Shown in pieces: positions 20,821 to 30,899 of a DNA stretch of 64,000 nt. Made by a program: the position numbers and the translations under genes. The stretch is from a virus (taxonomy: Duplodnaviria; Caudoviricetes). The stretch is from positions 96,001 to 160,000 of the IMG/VR virus record IMGVR_UViG_3300025389_000010. One strand, given 5' to 3'. A model generated the notes under the pieces. That model did not search any database. It was not told where the DNA came from and saw only the letters and a program-made list of their open reading frames with translations. Every line of letters begins with the position of its first letter. Position 1 is the stretch's first letter.

Positions 20821-22029
20821 TTACAATACTGATGTTACTGCATCAGAAACAGAAGCAAAGCAAATTGGAAAATTAGGATTCTCGTTTAAAAAGAACACCC
20901 ATACTTTTGAATTTACCATAGGTGTAGAAACAGCACCCATTGGTGCACCCGCTCTTCCACCAACATCAACAGGACCGTTTGCGTTTACAAGATCAGTTGG
21001 TCTTATAACTCTTTGATCTTTTGAACCTTCTCCTGTTTGGCTTGCATATGCTGGGTTTTTTGTTTTGTTTAAAAATTTTTGATAATTACCTTCAGCAAAT
21101 GCAATATTTGCCTGATTTTGTTCAGGCGATACTCCAATATAATTGTTATAATCTTCTATCGATGCAAAACTTTTTCTGACAGGATATTGATCTGCTGGTA
21201 ATAATGTTATTTGTACGGCATCATTTGTGCTCATCAAAGTTCCAGTGGAACTACTTCCTGTTGCTTGATATCCGCCTAATCCCAACATATTACCAGCTGC
21301 TAATGACATTTCTGCATAATTTGATCTAAATGTAGTAGTGTGTGGATCTTCAGTATATGAATCAGCTATTACTGCTGTTATAGTTTTTTTTGTATTGGGA
21401 TTATAAACAGAAACAGTTCTTCCGACTAAGCCACCCGGTCCAGCTATAAAAACGTCAGTTTCACCATTAAAAGGTCTACCTCCGACATTTATAGATGTTA
21501 CGGTATTACCAGCCCAACCTTCAAGTTGATTTGATCTATTTGAACCGTTTAAATCATAAGCAATATTTTTACCGCTGCTATTAACAACAGTTTGAGTCAC
21601 ATTAGCAGGTGCCCCTTGAGGTTGTTTTGTTGTACCATCAAATTTACCATCTGGATTATTTGCTCCATTATTTTCAGGGTATTGGGTTGGTGCTTTTTGA
21701 GGCGTAGCTGACTGATTTTTATTTTCAGGATTAGCTGTACTGTCCGATGGAGATGGTGCTGGTTTTCCGGTTGTTTCGTTTTGTGGTGCAGATGTTGAAC
21801 CGCCCCAAAATGCACTTGTGACTTCTGCCCAAGGCAAAAGAGATTTGAGTCTTTCTAATACAGCAGGTTTAAATGAAGCAGATGTAATTTTAATATCAAC
21901 TGCATCTTTATTCCAATCTTCATATAAAGTAGTTGATATATTTGGAACAAAAACCTGAACTCTGCCTCGCTTTTCAGGATCAACTGTATTTATAACGATA
22001 CCTAAATGTACACCCGGTACGTTTTTCAT
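20821..22029 (-). CDS. gp5 N-terminal OB-fold protein with inserted RlpA-like double-psi barrel
   Basis: Same OB-fold halves as the neighbour; insert GRTVSVYNPNTKKTITAVIADS...EMSLAAGNMLGL...VQITLL. Confidence 0.7.
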   Translation of the reverse strand: MKNVPGVHLGIVINTVDPEKRGRVQVFVPNISTTLYEDWNKDAVDIKITSASFKPAVLERLKSLLPWAEVTSAFWGGSTSAPQNETTGKPAPSPSDSTANPENKNQSATPQKAPTQYPENNGANNPDGKFDGTTKQPQGAPANVTQTVVNSSGKNIAYDLNGSNRSNQLEGWAGNTVTSINVGGRPFNGETDVFIAGPGGLVGRTVSVYNPNTKKTITAVIADSYTEDPHTTTFRSNYAEMSLAAGNMLGLGGYQATGSSSTGTLMSTNDAVQITLLPADQYPVRKSFASIEDYNNYIGVSPEQNQANIAFAEGNYQKFLNKTKNPAYASQTGEGSKDQRVIRPTDLVNANGPVDVGGRAGAPMGAVSTPMVNSKVWVFFLNENPNFPICFASVSDAVTSVL

Positions 22030-22030
22030 T

Positions 22031-23746
22031 TTATAAATATTTCTTTAAGGTGTTACCGACTTTATCTAATCCGGTATTTATATCAACACCAACACCAGAA
22101 ACACCTGCACCTAAAGTACTAAATGCATTCCCAAGATCTTTAAAGTCTTGAGATAAAATTTGTCCAAGATCGCCGGGATTTATAGGATTACCAAAAGCAT
22201 CTGTTCTTCCACCATTGTAAAGATTTGGTCCCATAGAAGCTGCAACTGGTGGGAAAAGCTGGGCACCTTGTCCATATCTATTATAGATTGCACCAGCTTT
22301 TGCAAGATAATTACCAATAGGATTAAATGCTGCATATTGTGGTCCCATTTTATTAGTAAGAGCACCCACAATATTACCTTGTAATGCTGTAGCAACATAT
22401 GAATATCCATAATTTGCAAGTTGATCTGACAAGAACCCACCGGGATCGGTTCCTATTTGATTAAATTGGTTTATTACATTTTGTACTTGTGGTGGGAAAA
22501 ACGCAGAAACCGTTGAAAAGGGATTACTGACAAAACTAGAAGTTGTATTCATGAAGTTTTGAATCGTATTCAAATAATTCAAAAAAGGACCGGACATATT
22601 AAACAATGAAGTAAAGAAATTCACATCGTCTAATATGGTTTGGAAAGTATCTAACAATAAACATAATAAATCTAATGGGATAATTTGATCTATCAATTGC
22701 ATCAGTGCTTTTTGTATTTGAGCAATAGCTCCATTTATTATCGCATAAACTTTTTGTATATAATATATCATACCATTATAGATATCATTAACAATTGTTT
22801 GGAAAGTTTCTATAACTTTGTTTATACCTGCAACAAGTCTTCCTAAAGAACCAAAAGATCCTTTTGGCATTGTCAACCAAGCATGGGTTCTAATTTTGTT
22901 ACAAAAATCTTCAAGTTCTGCAACAGAACCTTTATGAATTTTTTCCATTAAGTCTGTAACAAGACTTGGATGAGTTGTTTTTGAACCAGTTGCTGGGTTG
23001 TTTGCTTGTCTATCTGAATTAATTTCATTCACACCTTGTAAACCTGTCGAAGTAAAACAACCTTTTTTACCAGCTGGAGTCTTTTTCAAAATGGAATCTT
23101 TTAAATATGGATCATTTGCCATTTGGTAAAAATCATTAATAAAAGGTTTGTCTATGACATAAGAACAATGATAATTGCTCCAAGATGACATGATCTTATT
23201 ATCAAAACCATATACTAACATATTTAAAAATAAATAATATTTGTTAATGTTATTTTGACAATAATGAAATTTCACCATACCCAATTCTGAATGCGGCATA
23301 CCTTGAACTATTCCCAATAAAGTATTATTAGACAAACCTGTTGCTTTTTCTAATTGTTCTAATTCTTTTTTGTTAAAAGTATGAGCATCACTATTATTTG
23401 AATTAACAGCAGCTACGTTTTCTGGTGTAGGATTGGCTGCTGCTTTTTTTGCAGCGGCAGCATTTGCTTCATTAGGATTTTGCTTATCAGAATTTGGATC
23501 ATAACTCGCACCAACTGGTGGTGCTTTATACAAATAACTTTGATCATCTTCAGTTTGATTGGCTTTAGCTGCTTGCATTTCAAGCATATCCAATTCTTCC
23601 TGTGTTGGAGTAGCTGCATATGAATCTTTAGGAAAAGATTCCACTGGTTGTTGAAGACCTGCTGTACTGGCGGCAGCTTTCAACCCAACCGCATTTGGAT
23701 CTGGATTATCGGGAAATATACTTGGGATATTATCTTCGGTTGCCAT
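22031..23746 (-). CDS. hypothetical structural protein (baseplate region)
   Basis: 571 aa within the spike/hub module; helical middle and G/N-rich C-terminus. Confidence 0.6.
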   Translation of the reverse strand: MATEDNIPSIFPDNPDPNAVGLKAAASTAGLQQPVESFPKDSYAATPTQEELDMLEMQAAKANQTEDDQSYLYKAPPVGASYDPNSDKQNPNEANAAAAKKAAANPTPENVAAVNSNNSDAHTFNKKELEQLEKATGLSNNTLLGIVQGMPHSELGMVKFHYCQNNINKYYLFLNMLVYGFDNKIMSSWSNYHCSYVIDKPFINDFYQMANDPYLKDSILKKTPAGKKGCFTSTGLQGVNEINSDRQANNPATGSKTTHPSLVTDLMEKIHKGSVAELEDFCNKIRTHAWLTMPKGSFGSLGRLVAGINKVIETFQTIVNDIYNGMIYYIQKVYAIINGAIAQIQKALMQLIDQIIPLDLLCLLLDTFQTILDDVNFFTSLFNMSGPFLNYLNTIQNFMNTTSSFVSNPFSTVSAFFPPQVQNVINQFNQIGTDPGGFLSDQLANYGYSYVATALQGNIVGALTNKMGPQYAAFNPIGNYLAKAGAIYNRYGQGAQLFPPVAASMGPNLYNGGRTDAFGNPINPGDLGQILSQDFKDLGNAFSTLGAGVSGVGVDINTGLDKVGNTLKKYL

Positions 23747-23787
23747 ATTTTTATTGATTAATTTAGAATGTCTCCTATAATATATTT

Positions 23788-24375
23788 ATGGTAGAAGACT
23801 TAATTTTGTACCCTCCTATAGGGATAGCTGGTGCAGCTAGATCTGGAAAAGACACCTTATGTAAAGGAATGATAAGATATTTATCATCACTGGGTATAAA
23901 GGCAAAAAGAATGTCAATTGCAGGTGATACTGTAAAAAATGATGTTTATCAATTATTAATGGATAAGTTTGGTATAGATTCTCATACAGAAAACCACGAA
24001 GATAAGGAATTTATCAGACCATTATTAGTAGAATACGGTAAAATGCAGAGAGTTAAAACAAAAGGTCGTTATTTTATAAACAAATTTAAATTTGTTCCTG
24101 AAAGTATTAATATTATACCCGATATAAGATATATAGAATATCCAAATGATGAAGTAAACTGGCTTAAAGATGAAGTAAAAGGTCTTTTAATCTTTATCAA
24201 AAGAAAAGATGTTCATGATGCAAATGATACTGAAAAAGTTAATAATAGGATTATTAAACATCATGCAGATTATCGTTTAGAATGGGATACAGTTAAAAAT
24301 GATCAAGAAGTTGATGATCATGCAAAATATATAATTGATAATTTTTATTTACCACTTATTAACAGGACATTTTGA
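23788..24375 (+). CDS. deoxynucleoside monophosphate kinase (gp1-like)
   Basis: IGIAGAARSGKDT P-loop, RPLLVEYG...R, IPDIRY..E; upstream TTGATT-N16-TATAAT. Confidence 0.8.
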   Translation: MVEDLILYPPIGIAGAARSGKDTLCKGMIRYLSSLGIKAKRMSIAGDTVKNDVYQLLMDKFGIDSHTENHEDKEFIRPLLVEYGKMQRVKTKGRYFINKFKFVPESINIIPDIRYIEYPNDEVNWLKDEVKGLLIFIKRKDVHDANDTEKVNNRIIKHHADYRLEWDTVKNDQEVDDHAKYIIDNFYLPLINRTF

Positions 24376-24657
24376 AGCTTTTAAATAAACTTTAACTGCC
24401 ATATAACAACCACATTTTGTACATCTTTCTTGATCTTTATTAAAGAAAGAGCAAGATTCACAAATTGCTTTTCTTCTTAATGCTTCATCGTCATTTACGT
24501 TTAAAGGATTGCCCTGAATAACACTTTTTACACTATTCATTGCATCTTTTGTTAAATTTACAGCCATTTGTGGCATACTGGGAAAATTAGAATTATTCAC
24601 ATTTTCGTTTTTAGCTTTATTCTCTCTTATAAAATTTCTTAAAAGATTTTTATCCAT
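24349..24657 (-). CDS. small Cys-rich protein (DUF6171-like)
   Basis: R..ICESC...RCTKCGC.M..K......CP..KW. Confidence 0.7.
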   Translation of the reverse strand: MDKNLLRNFIRENKAKNENVNNSNFPSMPQMAVNLTKDAMNSVKSVIQGNPLNVNDDEALRRKAICESCSFFNKDQERCTKCGCYMAVKVYLKASKCPVNKW

Positions 24658-24661
24658 ATTT

Positions 24662-26512
24662 TTATTTAGTATCTACTTCATCGAATATTTTTGCAAATGC
24701 ATCGATTTTGACCGCTGTTACGTCTGTCAAATATGCTGTATTTTCAAAACGGTGTACAACTTTTGTTATTAACCATTGACCCAAAAATCTATCATCAAAA
24801 GGATTATTTGTACTACTTGAAACTTTATCTATAAAAATAAATTTCCCCGGTGTTCTTAAAGTTAGTCCAATTGCAGTAAAACATAGTGTTTGATTTAAAA
24901 AAACCGCATTAAACATCATGTCTAATAATGGTGCATCAAAAGGTGCAAACTTACCATTAAAACTTGTATGGTTTTTTGTCATTATACCTTTCTGTTTAAC
25001 TTTATTGAAATTTAATAAAACTTGCGGTTTTTGTCTTTTATTATTTTTAAAAGAATAAAGTTTTTCGGCGGTAGATTTTAATTTTTCAATTAAGTTAGAA
25101 AACGTGTTGTTTTTAAAACTAACATTAAATTCTTTTTTTTGAAAATCAAAATAATGCATTGGTGAATTCATTAAAAGATTATCATCTAATGCAGACATTG
25201 GTGAAAACATATAATTGTTTATCCTTGATGCAAGAATAGATGTCATGTTTAAATAAGTTGTTGGTTTTTCAAAAACTGGACCTCTTGGTATATAAGTCAA
25301 AGAAGACTCAATGCCCAAACCATCTTCTATGAAAATTCTTTCAACTTGATTTTTTTCAGCATTATCAAAAATAGATTTTAATGAAACTAATTTCCAAGTT
25401 TTATCTTTTGTTGTTCTTCCATAATTTAACAATACAGGTGTACCATCTTTTCCTTTACAATGTGCTAAAATAAAGTTTAAATCATCTAGACCGTTGTGAT
25501 AAGCAAAAGATGTATGTTTGAATTTGTTTGTTGGATCACCTTGATCCCAATTATTATTGTCATAATTATAAAAAGGAATTGTAGGTTTATCAATTGAACC
25601 GCTGTCAGGATAACCAACTTTTACAACATCACCAACAACCGTTTCTGGACTATTATTTAATTGTGCTCTTATTGCAGTTGCATCATAACTGGTAAAATCA
25701 CCAATTTTATTATTACCTGCTATTTCTAAAAACTTTAAAAGAACTTTATTTGGATTCATTGATGCCTGATCGTCGGTCAATGTATATGGTTTTACTGTTG
25801 CTTTTAACTGTGGGGTTTCTGCATTTATGTCAACTAAAGTGTGTTGTTCCATTTCTTTTGCAGCAAATATTGCAGTTGACCATTCTAAATTTCTTTCATA
25901 TAGAACTTGATGTCTTTCGTCTATAAGTTTATATTTTCTTTTTTTAACTTGATTATTTTCAACTTCTAAATCTTCAATTTCTATTACTACAAAATCATAA
26001 CACATTTCATAATATTCTCTTGGTATTGATGCTTTATTTTGTGTTTTAATATCAGCTTCGTTTTCACTATCAACAGGATATATTTTAATCATTACCCTGT
26101 TTCTACCATCAGTTCTATCGATATATGGTGCCTTTACTCCTTCTTTATTTAAAGCTGACGGTAAAGCTCCTTTTGAAAATATCTCAAAAGGATTGGAAAT
26201 TACAATTTCTCCAGATGTTGACCAAGTTGTTAATGTTTCATTTATTACCAATGAATCAATATTAAAGAAAGGAATTGCTGTAGGTTTTTCGTTTGTAATT
26301 TGATTGTAAAAAATAACTTCAAAATAATAATTTTGATTAACAATTTGTCTTATTGTTCCTTTTTGAACAAGGCTATTTTGCGCAGGTTCTGGTGGTTGAG
26401 TTGGTTGTGTGGTTGGTGTTCCACCAGTAGTTGTGTTTGGCACAGCTTGTGGAGTACCTTGATTGTTTACTACAGGCGTTCCGTCATTTAAGGTTGTTGG
26501 TGCATCCGCCAT
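24662..26512 (-). CDS. baseplate hub protein (gp27/VgrG-N-like)
   Basis: C-terminal RTPGKFIFI...FLGQWLITKVVHRF is typical of hub proteins. Confidence 0.65.
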   Translation of the reverse strand: MADAPTTLNDGTPVVNNQGTPQAVPNTTTGGTPTTQPTQPPEPAQNSLVQKGTIRQIVNQNYYFEVIFYNQITNEKPTAIPFFNIDSLVINETLTTWSTSGEIVISNPFEIFSKGALPSALNKEGVKAPYIDRTDGRNRVMIKIYPVDSENEADIKTQNKASIPREYYEMCYDFVVIEIEDLEVENNQVKKRKYKLIDERHQVLYERNLEWSTAIFAAKEMEQHTLVDINAETPQLKATVKPYTLTDDQASMNPNKVLLKFLEIAGNNKIGDFTSYDATAIRAQLNNSPETVVGDVVKVGYPDSGSIDKPTIPFYNYDNNNWDQGDPTNKFKHTSFAYHNGLDDLNFILAHCKGKDGTPVLLNYGRTTKDKTWKLVSLKSIFDNAEKNQVERIFIEDGLGIESSLTYIPRGPVFEKPTTYLNMTSILASRINNYMFSPMSALDDNLLMNSPMHYFDFQKKEFNVSFKNNTFSNLIEKLKSTAEKLYSFKNNKRQKPQVLLNFNKVKQKGIMTKNHTSFNGKFAPFDAPLLDMMFNAVFLNQTLCFTAIGLTLRTPGKFIFIDKVSSSTNNPFDDRFLGQWLITKVVHRFENTAYLTDVTAVKIDAFAKIFDEVDTK

Positions 26513-26516
26513 ATTA

Positions 26517-27122
26517 TTAACAATTTATTTGGTCAACATTTTTTAGCAATTCAACATTAAGCTGATTGAAAACAAATGTTACCGAAGATGTTATTTCTGC
26601 TGGTTCTTGGTTTGAAAAATTTATTTCACTTAAATTTGTAGGAAAAGCATGGTTGTATTCAAAAGATATAACTTTATTATTGTATTCATCTAAACCATAA
26701 ATTGTAAAAGTAGAAGTAAATTTTGCCATTGGATTAATCAAACTCGGATCATTTCTAGAAAAACTAGCATCAATTGAATTCGTTAACAATGTTCCAGATT
26801 TTTTAGCATCATTAAATAAATTCAACCATTTCCAAATTGTATAATAATTTTTATATCCATTATCTATTAAAAATTTTATATTTAATGGGTCATAAGCAGG
26901 ACGAGATAAAGATGATGCTTTATAAACCTGACCACCATATGGTAAATCAATAGCAGGAACATTTATCTGAGGAACAGGTGAACCGTAAATTGAAAATTGA
27001 AGAGTATCAACTTTGAAATTTTCATTCAAAGTCGAATCATATTGTTGTTTTAAAATTTGAGGTAAATTTAAAACAAGAATAAACTTATCACTTCTAGCCC
27101 TATTTAATGCTGATTGATACAT
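26517..27122 (-). CDS. gp3: tail completion/terminator (gp3-like, tube fold)
   Basis: QFSI...VP.I.VPAI, YDPLNIKFLID..YKNY..IWKWL, AFPTNLSEINF. Confidence 0.7.
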   Translation of the reverse strand: MYQSALNRARSDKFILVLNLPQILKQQYDSTLNENFKVDTLQFSIYGSPVPQINVPAIDLPYGGQVYKASSLSRPAYDPLNIKFLIDNGYKNYYTIWKWLNLFNDAKKSGTLLTNSIDASFSRNDPSLINPMAKFTSTFTIYGLDEYNNKVISFEYNHAFPTNLSEINFSNQEPAEITSSVTFVFNQLNVELLKNVDQINC

Positions 27123-27126
27123 ATAT

Positions 27127-28983
27127 TTAAAACATTATTGGAAAAAAGTTATCTCCATTTAATAACTTATCGTTATTTTCTTGATTAGGATCAGGTTTTA
27201 TTGATTTATCGCCCCAATTTAAAAGCCAAACCATTAAATCAGCCATTTCTTCCTGATGAGATATGGGTTTTTCAGTATCAACTCTTCCAACATGAGTATA
27301 AGTCTTTAAAGTTGAAGGTGTTCTTTTATATTGAGTGACTTGACCACTAAAAAGAGGACTTCTTCTTAATAAATCTGAGTTATCAGAAAGTGGAATAAGT
27401 TTTAATGGTCTGCCTTGATCATCAACATCCATTACTGTATAGTATCTACTAGCAATTGATGGTTCTAATATAAAAAGTGCCCAAATCAAAGATAGAACAC
27501 GATCATCCAAATCATTTTCTGTTCTCTTACTGAAAGTAAAATTTGGATTTTTAACAAAGTTACTTAATTCCAAAAGAGTATCCATGTCATATAACCTGAC
27601 AGCATTTAAACTATTAACCCAATATCTGAAATTACTAACGCCTTTGTATCTAGTGTTTGTGTGATTATGAATACCAAATCGATTTTCATTGTTATAATGT
27701 TTACTGAACCCTTCAAAATGATAAGAAATTACCGATTCATAATTATGAATATGACAAAGAACGTCTAAAACTTGTTGTCCGTTGTTATTATTTTCAACTA
27801 GAATGGGAGGTCTACCCCAATCTTCTAAAATACCCATGAGTCTCGTTCCAAAATGATAAGGATCTAGTTTATTTGTTGCATAAATCGCACTTTGTTTAAT
27901 GTTTGTTAAGTCAGATATATCTAAAATTTGAGCAACCGTGTTTGTTCTTCCGATACCCTCACCAACATCAACGCCTATTGCATAAAAAGCATCAGGATTT
28001 GGCTGTTCATATATTTTATAAGCACCGTCATCTATTACCAAAACAGGTTCTTTTGATTGTGCTTTTAGTTTTTCAAGAAGCTCAGGATCAATTGCAGTTT
28101 TGCCCGGTTGATGGAAAACGCAACCATATTCTTGATCAAAGTCATCTTTTGATCCCATCCTTTGTATTTCATCTTCTTTCCATTTCTCATCTCTTCCCGG
28201 CACATCCCACCAGTTTACAACTTCCAAATGCCATTCTGATTTTGGCTTTTGAGACATCTGATAAAGATCGTAAAACTTATTTTCAGTTCCGTTTGGTGTA
28301 CTAATGACCACAACTTGTGATTTCTTCATTGAAGAAATAATAGGAAGTGCAGATTTCCAAAGTTCTTTCATCAATTCATTTGGACAGTGTGCCATTTCGT
28401 CGATGATCAGAAGATTACTTGTAGTACCACGAGGACCACTTGATGATGTTGTGCTGACCGTTATGGCAGAATCATTTGATAATTGAAAACCATCCTTTCT
28501 CCATGACTTAACACTGGGTTTTAACCACACAGGAAGCTGTTCAAACGCCATTTTAATACGTGCAAATATTTCTTTTGCCGTCTCTTGTTTGTTTGCAACA
28601 ATGGTTATTCTTTTATCGGTTTGAAAACACACTATCCATAAAGCATAAATTGTTATAGTGGTGGTCTTACCGCTCTGTCTTGAGCTAAGAACAACATTGA
28701 ATCTATTGTTTTTAAAAGCTTTAAGTAATGTTTTTTGATACTTGTACAGATTTATTTTCTTTTTGCCATCTTCTGTGGTAATATAGAAATAATTCTCAGC
28801 AAAATGCAATACGCTTTTGATGCACAATTTAAGTTGCTCCCTCATTTCAAGAGTCCACTTCATTTGAGCATCACCTCTTAACAGATTTTCATTACCTTTA
28901 TAAAAATCACCATCAACAACAATGTCTTCTGGTGCCAAATCTATAAAATCATCACTATCTTGGATTTTTTTCTTTCTTCCCAT
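27127..28983 (-). CDS. gp17: terminase large subunit
   Basis: LYKYQ, SSRQSGKTT (Walker A), LLIIDEMAH (Walker B), ISTPNG, FDQEYGC, GVDVGEG nuclease motif, DDRV. Confidence 0.96.
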   Translation of the reverse strand: MGRKKKIQDSDDFIDLAPEDIVVDGDFYKGNENLLRGDAQMKWTLEMREQLKLCIKSVLHFAENYFYITTEDGKKKINLYKYQKTLLKAFKNNRFNVVLSSRQSGKTTTITIYALWIVCFQTDKRITIVANKQETAKEIFARIKMAFEQLPVWLKPSVKSWRKDGFQLSNDSAITVSTTSSSGPRGTTSNLLIIDEMAHCPNELMKELWKSALPIISSMKKSQVVVISTPNGTENKFYDLYQMSQKPKSEWHLEVVNWWDVPGRDEKWKEDEIQRMGSKDDFDQEYGCVFHQPGKTAIDPELLEKLKAQSKEPVLVIDDGAYKIYEQPNPDAFYAIGVDVGEGIGRTNTVAQILDISDLTNIKQSAIYATNKLDPYHFGTRLMGILEDWGRPPILVENNNNGQQVLDVLCHIHNYESVISYHFEGFSKHYNNENRFGIHNHTNTRYKGVSNFRYWVNSLNAVRLYDMDTLLELSNFVKNPNFTFSKRTENDLDDRVLSLIWALFILEPSIASRYYTVMDVDDQGRPLKLIPLSDNSDLLRRSPLFSGQVTQYKRTPSTLKTYTHVGRVDTEKPISHQEEMADLMVWLLNWGDKSIKPDPNQENNDKLLNGDNFFPIMF

Positions 28984-28984
28984 C

Positions 28985-28998
28985 TATAAATATTTATA
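28985..28998. promoter_or_regulatory. bidirectional T4-type late promoter
   Basis: The palindrome TATAAATATTTATA reads TATAAATA on both strands, between the divergent gp17 and ORF 29004. Confidence 0.6.
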
Positions 28999-29003
28999 AT
29001 CAT

Positions 29004-29399
29004 ATGGCTAAAATGCCTCTAATAAACGAAGAAATAGCTGCTTTGTTCAATAAAAAAGATAAAATTTTACCTTTTACAAGTGAAAAATGGCCTATTTATG
29101 AATTAAATTTAAAACTAAAAAAAGGATTATGGGATAATTTTTCAAAAAAATTAAAAGAATTAAAAGAAAAAAATATTTTAGAACAATTAGACGATGAAAT
29201 TATAAATGAATTTTATTATCGAAACCCTGACATTGAATTTGAAACAATATTCAATGATGATGTTTTTTCAAAAAACTATTTATTTAAAATAGATAATAAA
29301 GTTTATGCTTACGGAATAGGAAAAAAAAGCAAAAGAAGTAAAAACATATACTATGTTCGTTTTTACTTTAACTTAGTGGAATTTTTTAAATTTAATTAA
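29004..29399 (+). CDS. hypothetical protein
   Basis: 131 aa ORF behind the late promoter, opposite in strand to the module. Confidence 0.6.
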   Translation: MAKMPLINEEIAALFNKKDKILPFTSEKWPIYELNLKLKKGLWDNFSKKLKELKEKNILEQLDDEIINEFYYRNPDIEFETIFNDDVFSKNYLFKIDNKVYAYGIGKKSKRSKNIYYVRFYFNLVEFFKFN

Positions 29400-29755
29400 T
29401 TTGAAACCTGACGATTTAATTCCGTAATTATCGCCCACACATATTCTGGTCTTAATAATTTTATTATTGTTCCGGGTTCTGGCATTTTTGTAGCATCTTG
29501 AATTCTGTTATATTCACAAACCAACCACCATAAATCTATCGTATTGTAATACTTGTAAGAAATAAAATACCAAGTATCATGTTGATTAACAATATACTTG
29601 TCTTCGGCAGAACTGTCATCTGCACTAAAAATATTTATCGATCTTAAAAGATTATAAAATTTTGTACTATCCGATTCCTTATAAATATTGAAAAAGTTTT
29701 CATATCTATATATCGAAAGAGTTGGTAAATCTGAAAAATTATATTGAGTGTTCAT
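29396..29755 (-). CDS. baseplate wedge protein (gp53/LysM-like)
   Basis: DTWYFISYKYYNTIDLWWLVCEYNRI.D LysM-type pattern. Confidence 0.75.
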   Translation of the reverse strand: MNTQYNFSDLPTLSIYRYENFFNIYKESDSTKFYNLLRSINIFSADDSSAEDKYIVNQHDTWYFISYKYYNTIDLWWLVCEYNRIQDATKMPEPGTIIKLLRPEYVWAIITELNRQVSN

Positions 29756-29758
29756 ATA

Positions 29759-30886
29759 TTATCCTGTTCCTGCTTCTATTGCTGCACTACCACCAGTTTC
29801 ATTATTTACTTCTTGTCTTATTTGTTGTGCATTTTGATAAGCTTGTGCATATCTAACTTTATCACTTATATAAGAACCAGTACTATCTATACCGGCTTTA
29901 ATTTCTGATGATAATCCTTCTACGACATTAACCTTTGGTCCACCAATAGTACCTGCAAATATATTTGAACTTTGGGAAACAAGATCAGTAAATGTTATAG
30001 ACACTTTATAAGCTTCTGGTATTAATATTTCACTAGATGAACCCATACCAGACATTCTTCTCGTTGTGCCAATACTATCTACTTTAAAACTTTGGACGTA
30101 AGCAGCTGCCATATAAATGCCTCCTAAAAAATTAGTATCTATTGTATAAATTTTAGGAGGAATAAAAGTCATCAATGACGTTCTTGTTTTTAAATTTTGA
30201 AAAGCAAATAAATTTACAAAAGCAAAATGTTTAAATGCATCTGCTGTTGTTTTTGTGTTATAAAGAGGAAAAGAAATTGTCACAGATTGAGTTGATGTAG
30301 AACCAAATTGATATGTTTCTTCAAAACCAAATCCCGGTGTTAATGCGCCAACACCAGCACCAACACCAGCAGCTACTATGTCACCAAAAGCACCTAATGT
30401 ACTTGTGCCTTTACCAGCCATTGATGTAAGCGCATCACCAATGCCGCTTGCTTTTACCCAAGAATTTTCAATATTTTTTATACTATCTCCATTTGATAAT
30501 AAATAAGGAAATCTATAACTAAAATTAGTAGGAGAACCGGCATAAAGTTTTAAAAATGAGTCAATTGATAATGTTGTTGTAACATTTTTAAGTTGATCAT
30601 AAATTTGAGCTAAATTAACTGTCCATGTTCCATAATCTAATTGAAATTCTTTTAAATTTACATAAGGAACTTCATCCAAATCTCCTCTATTTGACCAACA
30701 CATATCACCGAAAACATCTACAACCGCTTTACCACCCTTTGGTACTAATTTTGGATATAAACTACCAAATGCACCGATACCCAAAACATTTTGCAATTGA
30801 TCATTTTCAACTGTAAAATATGGATTATTTATCAAAGATGCCATTTGAAAGGCGGTATCTTGTTTTATTGGTGAAAGAGGAGGCAT
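29759..30886 (-). CDS. baseplate/tail-tube initiator (gp48/gp54-like)
   Basis: ISFPLYNT, IPPKIYTI, AYVQSFKVD, IPEAYKVSITFTDL. Confidence 0.6.
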   Translation of the reverse strand: MPPLSPIKQDTAFQMASLINNPYFTVENDQLQNVLGIGAFGSLYPKLVPKGGKAVVDVFGDMCWSNRGDLDEVPYVNLKEFQLDYGTWTVNLAQIYDQLKNVTTTLSIDSFLKLYAGSPTNFSYRFPYLLSNGDSIKNIENSWVKASGIGDALTSMAGKGTSTLGAFGDIVAAGVGAGVGALTPGFGFEETYQFGSTSTQSVTISFPLYNTKTTADAFKHFAFVNLFAFQNLKTRTSLMTFIPPKIYTIDTNFLGGIYMAAAYVQSFKVDSIGTTRRMSGMGSSSEILIPEAYKVSITFTDLVSQSSNIFAGTIGGPKVNVVEGLSSEIKAGIDSTGSYISDKVRYAQAYQNAQQIRQEVNNETGGSAAIEAGTG

Positions 30887-30899
30887 GTTATATTAATAT

